From: Ignavibacteriota bacterium
GTDB lineage: Bacteria > Bacteroidota > Ignavibacteria > UBA10030
Direction of reading: 5' to 3'
Assembly: GCA_963701295.1 (NCBI GenBank)
Contig: OY969585.1
Span: 768,001-832,000, forward strand
Length of the DNA: 64,000 bases
Shown piece by piece: positions 30,095 to 40,925 of the stretch. Under the pieces are notes generated by a model. The model was not told the DNA's origin. It made no database searches and saw nothing but the letters and a program-made list of their open reading frames with translations. Position numbers and translations under genes: made by a program. The stretch's first letter is position 1. Every line of letters starts with the position of its first letter.

Positions 30095-31387
30095 TCACTT
30101 GGATGAAAGTCGGGAAGTCACTGCACGTGCATGCGCTTGAAGACCTTCTGTGTCGGCAAAGGCAGTTAACGTAGATGCAATACCTTCAAGTCCTGATTTC
30201 GAAATAGATTGAAACGTAATATATTTCTGGAAACTATCAAGCGACACACCGCTTGCCCAGCGTGCTGTACCACCAGTCGGCAAAGTATGGTTCGTCCCGG
30301 AAGCATAATCACCTGCAGTGACCGGCGCAAATGATCCAACAAACACAGAACCGGCATGAGCGATAGATGGAACAATGGTCTCTGCATTACGAACGTTCAC
30401 GATGAGATGTTCAGGCGCATAGTCGTTAGAAAATTGAACTGCGGATCCTAGCGATTCAACAACAAGGATATAACTTCTCTCCAGTGATGCTGTAATGAAT
30501 GCACTGCGGGGAAATTCGGATACGCGTTGCGGCAAGATACGCAATACTTCTTTTGCCAAAGTTTCGCTGGTCGTGACAAGCACGGCTTGAGCATCTACAT
30601 CATGTTCGGCTTGTGAGATTAAATCATACGCGACAACATCCGGATTTGCTGCATCATCGGCAATAATGAGGACTTCGGACGGCCCTGCCAGTAAATCAAT
30701 CGCAGCACCATCAGGATCTATCGAAATAAATTGCTTTGCTGCTGCCACATAACGATTACCAGGACCGAAGATTTTGTCCACCTTAGGAATCGTCCCGGTT
30801 CCATACGCCATTGCTGCGATTGCCTGTACGCCTCCAACTTTATATACTTCATCGATTCCGATCATTGCCGCAGTCGCGAGTACGAACGGATCGACTGAGC
30901 CATTCACTTTCGGCGGCGAAGATAAGACAATTTGTTTACAACCAGCAAGCTTTGCGGGAATACCGAGCATTAATACTGTTGATGGTAACGGCGCTGAACC
31001 TGCGGGGACATATAAGCCAACCCGCTCAATGGAACGCGCTTCACGCCAACACGCAACTCCTTCCATGGTTTCTGTTTTCTGTATGCTGCATCGTTGAGAT
31101 TTATGGAACGTTTGGATATTCTTTGCAGCAATCGTTAGTGCACTCTTAAATTCGGGAGAAAGAGATCGTTTTGCTGATTCACATTCTTCCGCTGACACAC
31201 GAAATGCTTTCACTTCTGTCTTATCAAACTTCTTGCTATACTCACGCACGGCTATATCACCACGCCGTTTGATATCAAGACAGAGATTTTTAACGGTCGC
31301 ATCTGTCTCATGCTGAAATTGGCTTACACGCCGTAAAAGAGCGTGACGGTCTTCTTTTGTCAATTTATTTTCGAGAAAAATCTTCAT
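30095..31387 (-). CDS. hisD: Histidinol dehydrogenase
   Basis: GLYVP, KIFGPGN, AGPSE, QAEH, APEHL, GDYASGTNHTLPT. Confidence 0.97.
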   Translation of the reverse strand: MKIFLENKLTKEDRHALLRRVSQFQHETDATVKNLCLDIKRRGDIAVREYSKKFDKTEVKAFRVSAEECESAKRSLSPEFKSALTIAAKNIQTFHKSQRCSIQKTETMEGVACWREARSIERVGLYVPAGSAPLPSTVLMLGIPAKLAGCKQIVLSSPPKVNGSVDPFVLATAAMIGIDEVYKVGGVQAIAAMAYGTGTIPKVDKIFGPGNRYVAAAKQFISIDPDGAAIDLLAGPSEVLIIADDAANPDVVAYDLISQAEHDVDAQAVLVTTSETLAKEVLRILPQRVSEFPRSAFITASLERSYILVVESLGSAVQFSNDYAPEHLIVNVRNAETIVPSIAHAGSVFVGSFAPVTAGDYASGTNHTLPTGGTARWASGVSLDSFQKYITFQSISKSGLEGIASTLTAFADTEGLQAHARAVTSRLSSK

Positions 31388-32259
31388 CGGATAATGGTTT
31401 CAATCGGTACAACAATGATATCGCTGGCACCTGCTTTTTTGAGTTTCTCCATGACATCCCAAAATACATCTTCTGCTACCACTGTATGAATGGCAACCAT
31501 GCCTGCTTGAGCAAGAGGTACCACTGTCGGACTTTTCAAACTCGGTATAACACGTTTCAATTTCTGGACCGAATCGGAAGGTGCGTTCATCATAAGATAA
31601 CGTTTCCCACGCGCTTCCTGAGAACCACGCACACGAATCATCAATCGGTCAACCAGTGTCCGCTTCTTTTTGTCGCGTATTGCTGCCCGATTCGCTACCA
31701 ACACCGCCTGCGATTCTAACACAGAGCAGAGTGTACGCAAGCCATTCATCTTTGCTGTCGTTCCGGTTGAGACAATGTCGCAGATGACATCGGCAACGTT
31801 GAGACTGGGCGCTAATTCTACCGAACCGCTGAGTTCGATAATCTCAGCTTTCACTTTATTTGCTTTAAGAAAGGACTTGAGAATAACGGGATAAGTCGTA
31901 CCAATGCGCTTACCCTTCAGATCGGACACTTTACGAACAGACGACCGCTGTGGCACACTGATCATCAGTTTACACCCTCCGAATCCAAGCGACGCAAGTG
32001 TGTGCACGCGTGCATTCCGTTCTTGGAGAATATTTTCGCCGATAATTCCAAGGTCTGCAACGCCATCCTGCACATATTCAGGAATATCATCATCCCTAAT
32101 CGCCAGCACGTCCAGATCAAAGTTGCGACAGGGTGAATAGAGGCTTTGCTTTTGAAATTCGAAGCTCAATCCGCATGCGCGGAGCAGCGCTACCGAATCC
32201 TCGGTGAGGCGTCCGTTACGTTGGATAGCTATTTTCATTCTTCCATTGGTTGCTAACAT
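31384..32259 (-). CDS. hisG: ATP phosphoribosyltransferase (long form)
   Basis: IAIQ..GRL, RDDDIP.YV, GSVELAP, DIVSTG.T, C-terminal ACT-like domain. Confidence 0.96.
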   Translation of the reverse strand: MLATNGRMKIAIQRNGRLTEDSVALLRACGLSFEFQKQSLYSPCRNFDLDVLAIRDDDIPEYVQDGVADLGIIGENILQERNARVHTLASLGFGGCKLMISVPQRSSVRKVSDLKGKRIGTTYPVILKSFLKANKVKAEIIELSGSVELAPSLNVADVICDIVSTGTTAKMNGLRTLCSVLESQAVLVANRAAIRDKKKRTLVDRLMIRVRGSQEARGKRYLMMNAPSDSVQKLKRVIPSLKSPTVVPLAQAGMVAIHTVVAEDVFWDVMEKLKKAGASDIIVVPIETIIR

Positions 32260-32278
32260 ACTTTATCCTAATAAAGTG
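32259..32278. promoter_or_regulatory. Putative HisR operator abutting the hisG start codon
   Basis: ACTTTA-TCCTAA-TAAAGT palindrome; matches the site upstream of the repressor gene. Confidence 0.75.
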
Positions 32279-32294
32279 TAAGAGGCAAAAAAAA

Positions 32295-32579
32295 TTATTT
32301 GGCTGTTCGTTTCAACATCATCGTATATCCGCCTTTGCCCTTCTTGAGCCACCTGCCGACGCGGGCGATGGTACGCGTGCTGAGCCCTGTTTCCTTTTCG
32401 ATCTGTGTGTAAGGGATGCTTTCTGCTAGCATGCGCGCAGCTTTCCATCGTTTTACAAATTCTTTGACTTCATATTCCGTCAAGAGGTCGCCGAAAAAAC
32501 GGCGGCACTCATCCAGCGATTCCAACTGGAGGATGGCGGTATAGAGATCGTCAATTTCTTTAATGCTGGGTTTCTTCAT
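32295..32579 (-). CDS. hisR: YerC/YecD TrpR-like repressor (HisR) at the head of the his operon
   Basis: L..AIL.L.S..EC..FF.DLLT..E....RW..A.ML....PY..I...TG.S..TI.RV...L..G.GGY. Confidence 0.9.
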   Translation of the reverse strand: MKKPSIKEIDDLYTAILQLESLDECRRFFGDLLTEYEVKEFVKRWKAARMLAESIPYTQIEKETGLSTRTIARVGRWLKKGKGGYTMMLKRTAK

Positions 32580-32623
32580 ACTTTACTCTGATAAAGATTA
32601 CGAAAACTTTACCTTAGTGTCAA
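32580..32623 (-). promoter_or_regulatory. his operon sigma70 promoter with overlapping HisR operator
   Basis: Minus strand TTGACA(32623-32618)-N17-TAATCT(32600-32595); palindrome ACTTTA-CTCTGA-TAAAGA at 32580-32597. Confidence 0.8.
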
Positions 32624-32658
32624 GCCTTTTTTTCATAAGTTTATACATCATCCAAATG

Positions 32659-32720
32659 CTGTCAGGACTTTTTTTACCCGCCGATGTCTGGAGGGCGTCT
32701 TGACAGTTAGAAAGCTGTCA
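32659..32720. repeat. Nested palindromic (REP-like) element in the divergent his/etf intergenic region
   Basis: CTGTCAGGAC...GTCTTGACAG enclosing CCCGCC...GGAGGG; alternative stem TGACAGTT-agaa-AGCTGTCA. Confidence 0.45.
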
Positions 32721-32995
32721 TTAAGTGCTGAATTTAATATCCCTTTAAAGTGCCAGAGGAAACTCCCAACATCATTTGGAACAATTTCTTCCCGTTATTC
32801 TGCAGAATGGATAAATTCGATGACCGTTTAACATCGGATCTGTGGAACTAATGTTCTTCGCATAGCTGTTTAAGAACACAACGTGTTTTGCGAAGATGGA
32901 CTTGTTCGTTTCTAAAAACTTTCATATTTTGAATAAGAAAAAGTATGCATATCACAAATTAACCAATCATCAGTTACTCATTACGAATTATAAAC

Positions 32996-33742
32996 ATGAA
33001 ACTTGCAGTTTGTATTAATCACGTACCCGACACCGCGGCAAAGATCAACATTGCTGCCGACGGGAAAAAAATCGACACAACGGGCATCACGTTCGTTCTC
33101 AATCCATACGATGAGATTGCGATTGAAGAATGTCTCCGTCTTAAAGAAAAAAGCGGCGGCGAAGTTATCGCTATCTCGCTCGGCGGGGATGCACATAAGG
33201 AAACGCTGCGCAAAGCGTTGGCAATGGGAGTCGATAAGGCTGTACTTTTAAAAGACGACTCTCCCCGCGACTCTTCCTCCGTTGCACGGGCTCTCGCCGA
33301 TTATTTGAAAGAAATTTCGCCTGATGCTATTTTCTTCGGCAAACAATCTGTCGATTCGGATAGCGCTGCAGTTGGCACAATGGTTGCCGAGATGCTGGGA
33401 TTACCCTCTGTCTCCGTTGCTGTCAAGTTGGAAATCACGAACGGCATTGCCATTGCCGAACGTGAGATCGAAGGCGGCAAAGAAAAAGTTCAGACTGCAC
33501 TTCCAGCGGTATTCACAGCACAAAAAGGATTGAACGAACCGCGCTATCCTTCACTCAAGGGAATCATGGCAGCCAAGAGCAAGCCAATAGAAGAGAAAGT
33601 ACCGACAGCCGCACTACCAAAGGTTGAGGTTGTTACATTGCGTAAACCTCCTTCAAAAAATTCCGGTAAGATTGTCGGAACTGATGCAAGCGCGGTACCA
33701 GAGTTGGTACGTTTGCTTCACGAAGAAGCGAAAGTGATTTAG
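32996..33742 (+). CDS. etfB: Electron transfer flavoprotein beta subunit
   Basis: VPDT, NPYDE.AIEE, ALAMG.D, GKQSVD, NEPRYPSLKGIM.AK. Confidence 0.95.
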   Translation: MKLAVCINHVPDTAAKINIAADGKKIDTTGITFVLNPYDEIAIEECLRLKEKSGGEVIAISLGGDAHKETLRKALAMGVDKAVLLKDDSPRDSSSVARALADYLKEISPDAIFFGKQSVDSDSAAVGTMVAEMLGLPSVSVAVKLEITNGIAIAEREIEGGKEKVQTALPAVFTAQKGLNEPRYPSLKGIMAAKSKPIEEKVPTAALPKVEVVTLRKPPSKNSGKIVGTDASAVPELVRLLHEEAKVI

Positions 33743-33836
33743 AAATTTCCAATTGAGTGGTTCGTAATTTGATGATTGGTAAAACTAAAACTTCTTAAGG
33801 CATTTTTTCTTTTCGCCTTTTAACTTTTTATTGAAT

Positions 33837-34811
33837 ATGAAAATACTGGCAGTTGCAGAACAACGAGATAATAAATTTAAAAAGTCCGCATTTGAAGTTG
33901 TACGTACTGCTCGGACAATTGCAGATCAGACGGGCGACGAGATCATTGTGCTTGTGATTGGCGGTCAGGTGCAGGCGGTTGCTGGTAAACTGGGCGGATA
34001 TGGAGCACAGAGAGTTCTTGCAGTCCAACAACCAAAACTGGAAAAATATTCCTCCACGGCGTATTCGAAAATCATTGCAGAAGTGGTAAAGAAGGAACAG
34101 GCATCAATAGTTCTCCTTCCCGCAACAGCGATGGGCAAAGATTGTGCACCGCGTGTTGCTGTAAAACTTGATGCCGGCATTGGGTCAGATTGCATCGCAC
34201 TGAAAGTCGAAGGCGAAAACATTATTGCAACGAGACCGGTCTATGGCGGCAAAGCATGGACGGACATTAAGATTAACTCTACTGTGAAAGTATTTACTCT
34301 TCGGCCGAATGTTTTTGCCACAGGAACAAGTAGTGGGATTGTAGCAAATGTTGAAGTTGTGGATATTCCTCTAACAGATTCTGATTTTGCATCACTCGCA
34401 ATCGAAACAGCACAGGCATCCGGTAAATTAGATGTTGCCGAAGCCGAAATCATTATCTCAGGCGGGCGCGGCTTGAAAGCTGCAGAGAATTTCAAAATGA
34501 TCGAAGATCTGGCAGGTGCTATCGGCGGAGCTGTCGGTGCTTCGCGCGCAGTGGTCGATGCCGGATGGCGTCCGCACAGTGAACAGGTCGGACAAACGGG
34601 AAAGACTGTTTCGCCGTCATTGTATGTTGCTGTTGCTATTTCGGGAGCAATTCAACATCTTGCAGGTATGTCCTCCTCGAAGTATATTGTTGCTATCAAC
34701 AAAGACAAGGACGCACCTATCTTCCAGATAGCTGATTATGGCATTGTCGCAGATGCATTTGAAATCGTTCCCGCACTTACGCAGGAAATAAAAAAACTTC
34801 TCGGAAAATAA
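33837..34811 (+). CDS. etfA: Electron transfer flavoprotein alpha subunit
   Basis: RPVYGG, SGGRG, GASRAVVDAGW, QVGQTGK.V.P, ISGAIQHLAGM. Confidence 0.96.
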   Translation: MKILAVAEQRDNKFKKSAFEVVRTARTIADQTGDEIIVLVIGGQVQAVAGKLGGYGAQRVLAVQQPKLEKYSSTAYSKIIAEVVKKEQASIVLLPATAMGKDCAPRVAVKLDAGIGSDCIALKVEGENIIATRPVYGGKAWTDIKINSTVKVFTLRPNVFATGTSSGIVANVEVVDIPLTDSDFASLAIETAQASGKLDVAEAEIIISGGRGLKAAENFKMIEDLAGAIGGAVGASRAVVDAGWRPHSEQVGQTGKTVSPSLYVAVAISGAIQHLAGMSSSKYIVAINKDKDAPIFQIADYGIVADAFEIVPALTQEIKKLLGK

Positions 34812-34812
34812 T

Positions 34813-35403
34813 ATGTCCGCTGAGGATAGAATTCAAGTAGATATATTGGGATTGTCCAGCAGTCAATCCAGCGGCGGTGCATACGCATTGATACTAAAAG
34901 AAGTCAACGGAGCGCGCCGTCTGCCGATCATCATTGGTGCATTCGAAGCACAATCCATTGCACTGGAGATGGAAGGCATCAAGCCTCCTCGTCCGCTGAC
35001 GCACGATTTGATGAAGAATCTCATCGATTTGCTGGGAGGTGAGTTGGTCGATGTCTATATTAGCGAGTTGCGTGAAGGCACATTCTTCGCCCGTCTTACC
35101 CTTGACACACAGGAAATCGATTCACGTCCGAGTGATGCAATTGCATTAGCTGTTCGTTACGGTGCGCCTATATTTGTCGCTGAGAAAGTGATGGCAGAAG
35201 CCTCCTTCCTTTCTGAAGGTGAAGAAGGAGAAAAAGGAATACCACCTACGGCGAAACCCGAACAATCGGAGACATCGAAGCCTTCGCTATCCAAGCTTGA
35301 ACAGTTAGAGCAACAACTTGTTGATGCCATTGCAAAAGAGAACTATGAAAAAGCTGCACAGATCCGCGATGAAATTAAGCAGTTGCAAGTGCGTAATTCG
35401 TAA
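34813..35403 (+). CDS. Bifunctional nuclease family protein (DUF151) with C-terminal UVR domain
   Basis: LPIIIG.FEA.SI, PRPLTHDL, DSRPSDAIALA, ENYEKAAQIRDEI. Confidence 0.9.
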   Translation: MSAEDRIQVDILGLSSSQSSGGAYALILKEVNGARRLPIIIGAFEAQSIALEMEGIKPPRPLTHDLMKNLIDLLGGELVDVYISELREGTFFARLTLDTQEIDSRPSDAIALAVRYGAPIFVAEKVMAEASFLSEGEEGEKGIPPTAKPEQSETSKPSLSKLEQLEQQLVDAIAKENYEKAAQIRDEIKQLQVRNS

Positions 35404-35475
35404 AAGCATTATATTCAATCTTACATATCTTCAAGAGCCGTTCATCTTTATTCACCCCCCATGGAGGATATCGCT

Positions 35476-36276
35476 TTGAAACAAAAATCAACTTCTCTCC
35501 TATTGATTCTTTCATTTGGATTTCTTATTTCGGCAACAAATATAGCTAGAGCATTAACCGCAGACGATTCCACCCATGTCAGCCAACTTATCGCACAAGG
35601 AAATGAATTTTCAGAAAAAGTATTCGACAACCAAAAAGCTCTCGAGAAATACAGCGAGGCGCTTGCTCTTTCCCCCGACAATTATGAAATCCTCTGGCGA
35701 TTGAGTCGCACGTATGTCGATATAGGCGAACATCTTCCCAAGAATACTGATGCAGAGAAACAAAAACAATTGGAATGGTATGAAAAGTCGTTAGACTTCG
35801 CCAAGAAAGCTATCGCTGCCAATCCAAAAGGAGCGATGGGGTACACACGGAAAGCGATTGCGAATGGACGCATTGCCCTCTTCCGTGGCGTTTGGGAATC
35901 TCTTGACCTCGTAAAACAAACAAAAGCCGATTGTGAAAAAGCAATTGCATTAGATTCAATGGAAGCAACAGCATATTATGTGCTCGGAAGAGCGCATGCA
36001 AAAGTATGCGAAAAACCAAAATTCATCCGCTGGCCGCTCGGGCTTGGCTGGGCAAATATGGATGATGCAGTGAAGAATTATGAGAAAGCTATTGAACTTC
36101 GTCCAAGTTTTATTATGTACCGGCTTGATTGCGCTCGTGCTTATGTTGGGATGGATGAATATGGAAAAGCACGTGAACACTTGACGAAGATCGCTTCTTT
36201 ATCGAAAGAAGATGAAGATGATGACGTCTTTAGGAAAGAGGCAGCAGAATTGTTAGAAAGAATAAAGGATGAGTAG
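35476..36276 (+). CDS. Exported TPR protein (RMDN/RMD1-like); likely TTG start after GGAGG
   Basis: Signal peptide, LWRLSR, repeated A..L.P TPR helices. Confidence 0.75.
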   Translation: MKQKSTSLLLILSFGFLISATNIARALTADDSTHVSQLIAQGNEFSEKVFDNQKALEKYSEALALSPDNYEILWRLSRTYVDIGEHLPKNTDAEKQKQLEWYEKSLDFAKKAIAANPKGAMGYTRKAIANGRIALFRGVWESLDLVKQTKADCEKAIALDSMEATAYYVLGRAHAKVCEKPKFIRWPLGLGWANMDDAVKNYEKAIELRPSFIMYRLDCARAYVGMDEYGKAREHLTKIASLSKEDEDDDVFRKEAAELLERIKDE

Positions 36277-36286
36277 TCGGCCATTG

Positions 36287-36322
36287 AAGAACCTGCATCA
36301 GAATTGATTCCGGTTCTTTTAT
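36287..36322 (+). terminator. Probable terminator of the etf operon
   Basis: AAGAACC..ATCA-gaat-TGAT..GGTTCTT followed by a T-rich tail. Confidence 0.5.
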
Positions 36323-36349
36323 ATTCTTTTTGTTAGAAAAATATTATAC

Positions 36350-36907
36350 ATGCGCATCATTCGCCTCGTTCTATACTGCATTCTCATCGTATGCCTCTGT
36401 TCCTTTACCTATTCTCTCGCGACAAATTATCAAAAGAATGAAACGCGCAGCCGATCGTCTTTTGTTATTTGGGTTATTGATACGATCGACCTCTTCATCC
36501 ATGAAACAGGACATTCGATCTTTGGCATATTTGGACGATTTATTTACTTTCTCGGGGGTTCCTTATTTCAAATTATCATCCCCAGCGCAACTGTTCTTGT
36601 CTTCGCTCAATCATCCTTGAGATCAATTCCGTTTACTTTGTACTGGACTGGCCAAAGCATCGTGAATGTTTCTATCTATATCGGTGATGCACCCTATCAA
36701 CGATTGCATTTGATCTCCCATGCCGCGATCCATGATTGGCGATGGCTCTTGAGTTATACTGGAACAATGGAATATGCTGAAGACATCGCTATGATCGTCA
36801 ATATCGCCGGCCTTTTAACTTGCTGCATTGGAATTGGTATTGGTTTTTATTTCCTTACCCACGACTTTTTTCGCCTTCTCTCGCCAGAGAAATATCAGCA
36901 CACATAA
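36350..36907 (+). CDS. Membrane protein with HExxH motif (M50-like intramembrane metallopeptidase)
   Basis: FIHETGH in a TM segment, GGSL.Q, YI.DA, HDW motifs. Confidence 0.7.
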   Translation: MRIIRLVLYCILIVCLCSFTYSLATNYQKNETRSRSSFVIWVIDTIDLFIHETGHSIFGIFGRFIYFLGGSLFQIIIPSATVLVFAQSSLRSIPFTLYWTGQSIVNVSIYIGDAPYQRLHLISHAAIHDWRWLLSYTGTMEYAEDIAMIVNIAGLLTCCIGIGIGFYFLTHDFFRLLSPEKYQHT

Positions 36908-37160
36908 TAACTTTACACCCTTTCGGTAGTAGTATCCATATTCTGCTTTTTAAACCCTTTCTGTTCATCCGCGAATAAAACTCCTGGCCTGTTTATCATC
37001 TATTGGATATGTGCGTTATATTCACTTTAAAAATAAAGTGATCAACGGGTAGAATTACCTTGATTATTTAATAAATATCGTTATATTACTATATATAGTA
37101 AGGTACTTTAACTCCAAAACCTTACTACATTATTACTCATATACACAGTGAGAACATTTT

Positions 37161-37499
37161 ATGAAAAAAATTGAAGCAATAGTTCGTCCTCATGCCGTGG
37201 ATGACATTCGTGAGGCACTCCAAGAAGCCGGGTTTCGCGGAATGACAATGCAAGAAGTCAAAGGCTTTGGCAGGCAAAAAGGACATTCCGAAGTTTATCG
37301 CGGAGCCGAATATCATGTAGATTTTTTGCCGAAGATCAAATTAGAAATCGTTGTTCCAGATGGACGTGTAGAAGAAGCAGTCTCGATCATCATCCGCATC
37401 GCAAAAACGGGTAAGGTCGGCGACGGCAAAATCTTCATCTATCCAGCAAATGACGCAATCCGCGTCCGAACAGAAGAGACAGGAGAAGAGGCATTATGA
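37161..37499 (+). CDS. glnK: P-II nitrogen regulatory protein (copy 1)
   Basis: MKKIEAI.RP, GFGRQKG, YRGAEY T-loop, [10 protein letters not shown]. Confidence 0.97.
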   Translation: MKKIEAIVRPHAVDDIREALQEAGFRGMTMQEVKGFGRQKGHSEVYRGAEYHVDFLPKIKLEIVVPDGRVEEAVSIIIRIAKTGKVGDGKIFIYPANDAIRVRTEETGEEAL

Positions 37500-38722
37500 G
37501 AATAGATACTGGTGATACGACATGGATGTTGGTGTCCACAGCGCTTGTTATGCTGATGACACCGGGATTAGCATTATTCTATGGCGGCATGGTGCGCCAA
37601 AAGAATGTGCTGGGTACTATTATGCAAAGCTTTGTGGCATTAGGGCTAGTAACGGTGCAATGGGTACTGATTGGCTATTCACTTTCATTCGGTCCAGATA
37701 TTAAAGGGATCATCGGCGGCTTACAGTGGGCTGGTTTACAGAGCGTGGGGCTCGAGCCCAATCCAGATTATGCTACAACAATACCCCATCAAGCATTCAT
37801 GATGTTTCAAATGATGTTTGCAATCATCACGCCCGCTTTGATCTCTGGTGCGTTTGCGGAACGCTTTAAATTTAGTACATATTTGGTTTTCGTTCTTCTC
37901 TGGTCAACTCTTGTGTATGCGCCGCTCGCGCACTGGGTGTGGGGTGTTGGTGGATGGCTTCGATCGCTGGGTGCATTGGATTTTGCAGGCGGACTCGTAG
38001 TACATATTAGTTCCGGCATGTCTGCTCTTGCAGCAGCAATTATCATAGGGAAACGGAAAGGACATGGGCACGAACATATGCCACCTCATAATTTAACCAT
38101 GACATTACTTGGTGCTACATTGTTATGGTTCGGTTGGTTTGGATTTAATGGAGGAAGTGCTCTTGCCTCTGGTGCGCTTGCAACGTCTGCATTCTTAACG
38201 ACTCATATTGCAGCTGCAACAGCGACACTTTCGTGGCTCATTGTTGAATGGAAGCACCGCGGCAAGCCAACGCTTCTTGGTGCAGCGTCGGGTGCGGTTG
38301 CCGGTCTCGTAGCTATTACGCCGGCATCCGGTTTTGTCGGTCCTCTTGCCGCGCTTGCAATCGGTTTTGGTGCAGGTGCGGTCTGCTATTTTGGTGTGAA
38401 CATCAAGAACTTCTTCGGTTATGATGATTCACTCGATGCGGTCGGAGTTCATGGCGTCGGCGGCACGTTTGGGGCACTTGCAACAGGCCTCTTTGCATCG
38501 AAGGCAATCAATGCCGCCGGAGCCAATGGAGCATTCTTCGGCAATCCGTCTCTCTTTCTTGTCCAACTCTTAAGCGTTGCAGTAGCAATTGTATATGCAT
38601 TCAGTGTTACATGGATCATTCTCAAAGTACTTGATCGGACCATGGGATTACGAGTTCAACAGGAGGAAGAAGTGCAAGGGCTGGATCTCAGCCAGCATGG
38701 TGAAAGCGGCTATATTTTCTAA
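37496..38722 (+). CDS. amtB: Ammonium transporter (copy 1)
   Basis: TPGLALFYGG, FQMMFA, DFAGG.VVH, WFGWFGFN, DD.LD..GVHG. Confidence 0.97.
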   Translation: MRIDTGDTTWMLVSTALVMLMTPGLALFYGGMVRQKNVLGTIMQSFVALGLVTVQWVLIGYSLSFGPDIKGIIGGLQWAGLQSVGLEPNPDYATTIPHQAFMMFQMMFAIITPALISGAFAERFKFSTYLVFVLLWSTLVYAPLAHWVWGVGGWLRSLGALDFAGGLVVHISSGMSALAAAIIIGKRKGHGHEHMPPHNLTMTLLGATLLWFGWFGFNGGSALASGALATSAFLTTHIAAATATLSWLIVEWKHRGKPTLLGAASGAVAGLVAITPASGFVGPLAALAIGFGAGAVCYFGVNIKNFFGYDDSLDAVGVHGVGGTFGALATGLFASKAINAAGANGAFFGNPSLFLVQLLSVAVAIVYAFSVTWIILKVLDRTMGLRVQQEEEVQGLDLSQHGESGYIF

Positions 38723-38738
38723 TTCGAACTGCACAAGG

Positions 38739-38777
38739 GGGCGCTTAGAAGCTGTGAGTATGAAGCGCCCTTTTTTT
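38739..38777 (+). terminator. Rho-independent terminator after amtB1
   Basis: GGGCGCTT...AAGCGCCC followed by T7. Confidence 0.8.
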
Positions 38778-38999
38778 ATCCAATTATTTTCCGCATAAGC
38801 GATAATCCTTTTCTCTCCTTCCATTTTTACATTTCTTTCATCTCCATCAACTTTTTTTACGAATACACATATTTATTCTAACGTCGAAAAAAAGGATACA
38901 ATTTGATAACAACCTTGATAAACTAGTAACAATTATTAAATTACTATAGTAAATAAGGCATTATAGCTCTAACACTCTATATTTTTTCTTTATTAATAA

Positions 39000-40579
<1,580 letters not shown>

Positions 40580-40614
40580 TCTCCAAGCATAATAGTAAGT
40601 ATGAATATATAATG

Positions 40615-40664
40615 AATCTGCCGTAGGAGAGGATATATTTGTTTCTTCCGGCAGATTTTATTTT
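40615..40664 (+). terminator. Probable terminator after amtB2
   Basis: AATCTGCCG...CGGCAGATT followed by TTATTTT. Confidence 0.65.
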
Positions 40665-40925
40665 AAAGTGTTCGCTGTTTACCCTTCTTGCAGTAAGGGT
40701 TTCCAGACAAGATTTTACTTATCCCTTTCATTCTTATATTTTTCCTTGAATCAATCGGTTTGGCTCTCTCATAAACTTTTCTTATCTTATAGAAGAATGA
40801 TCATGCTTTCAAGCTGCATAAAACTTTCACCACCGTAGCTTTTCCTCTATTCTTTGAGGCATTATGCATGCCTCGCTTTTCTTGTACTCAAAAAGAATCA
40901 GACTTTCTAATCAGATTAATTATTA

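Noticed and set aside
32580-32995. His-codon leader peptide or attenuator
   Set aside because: No His-rich mini-ORF is present, and the predicted -10 element ends only 15 nt from the hisR ATG.
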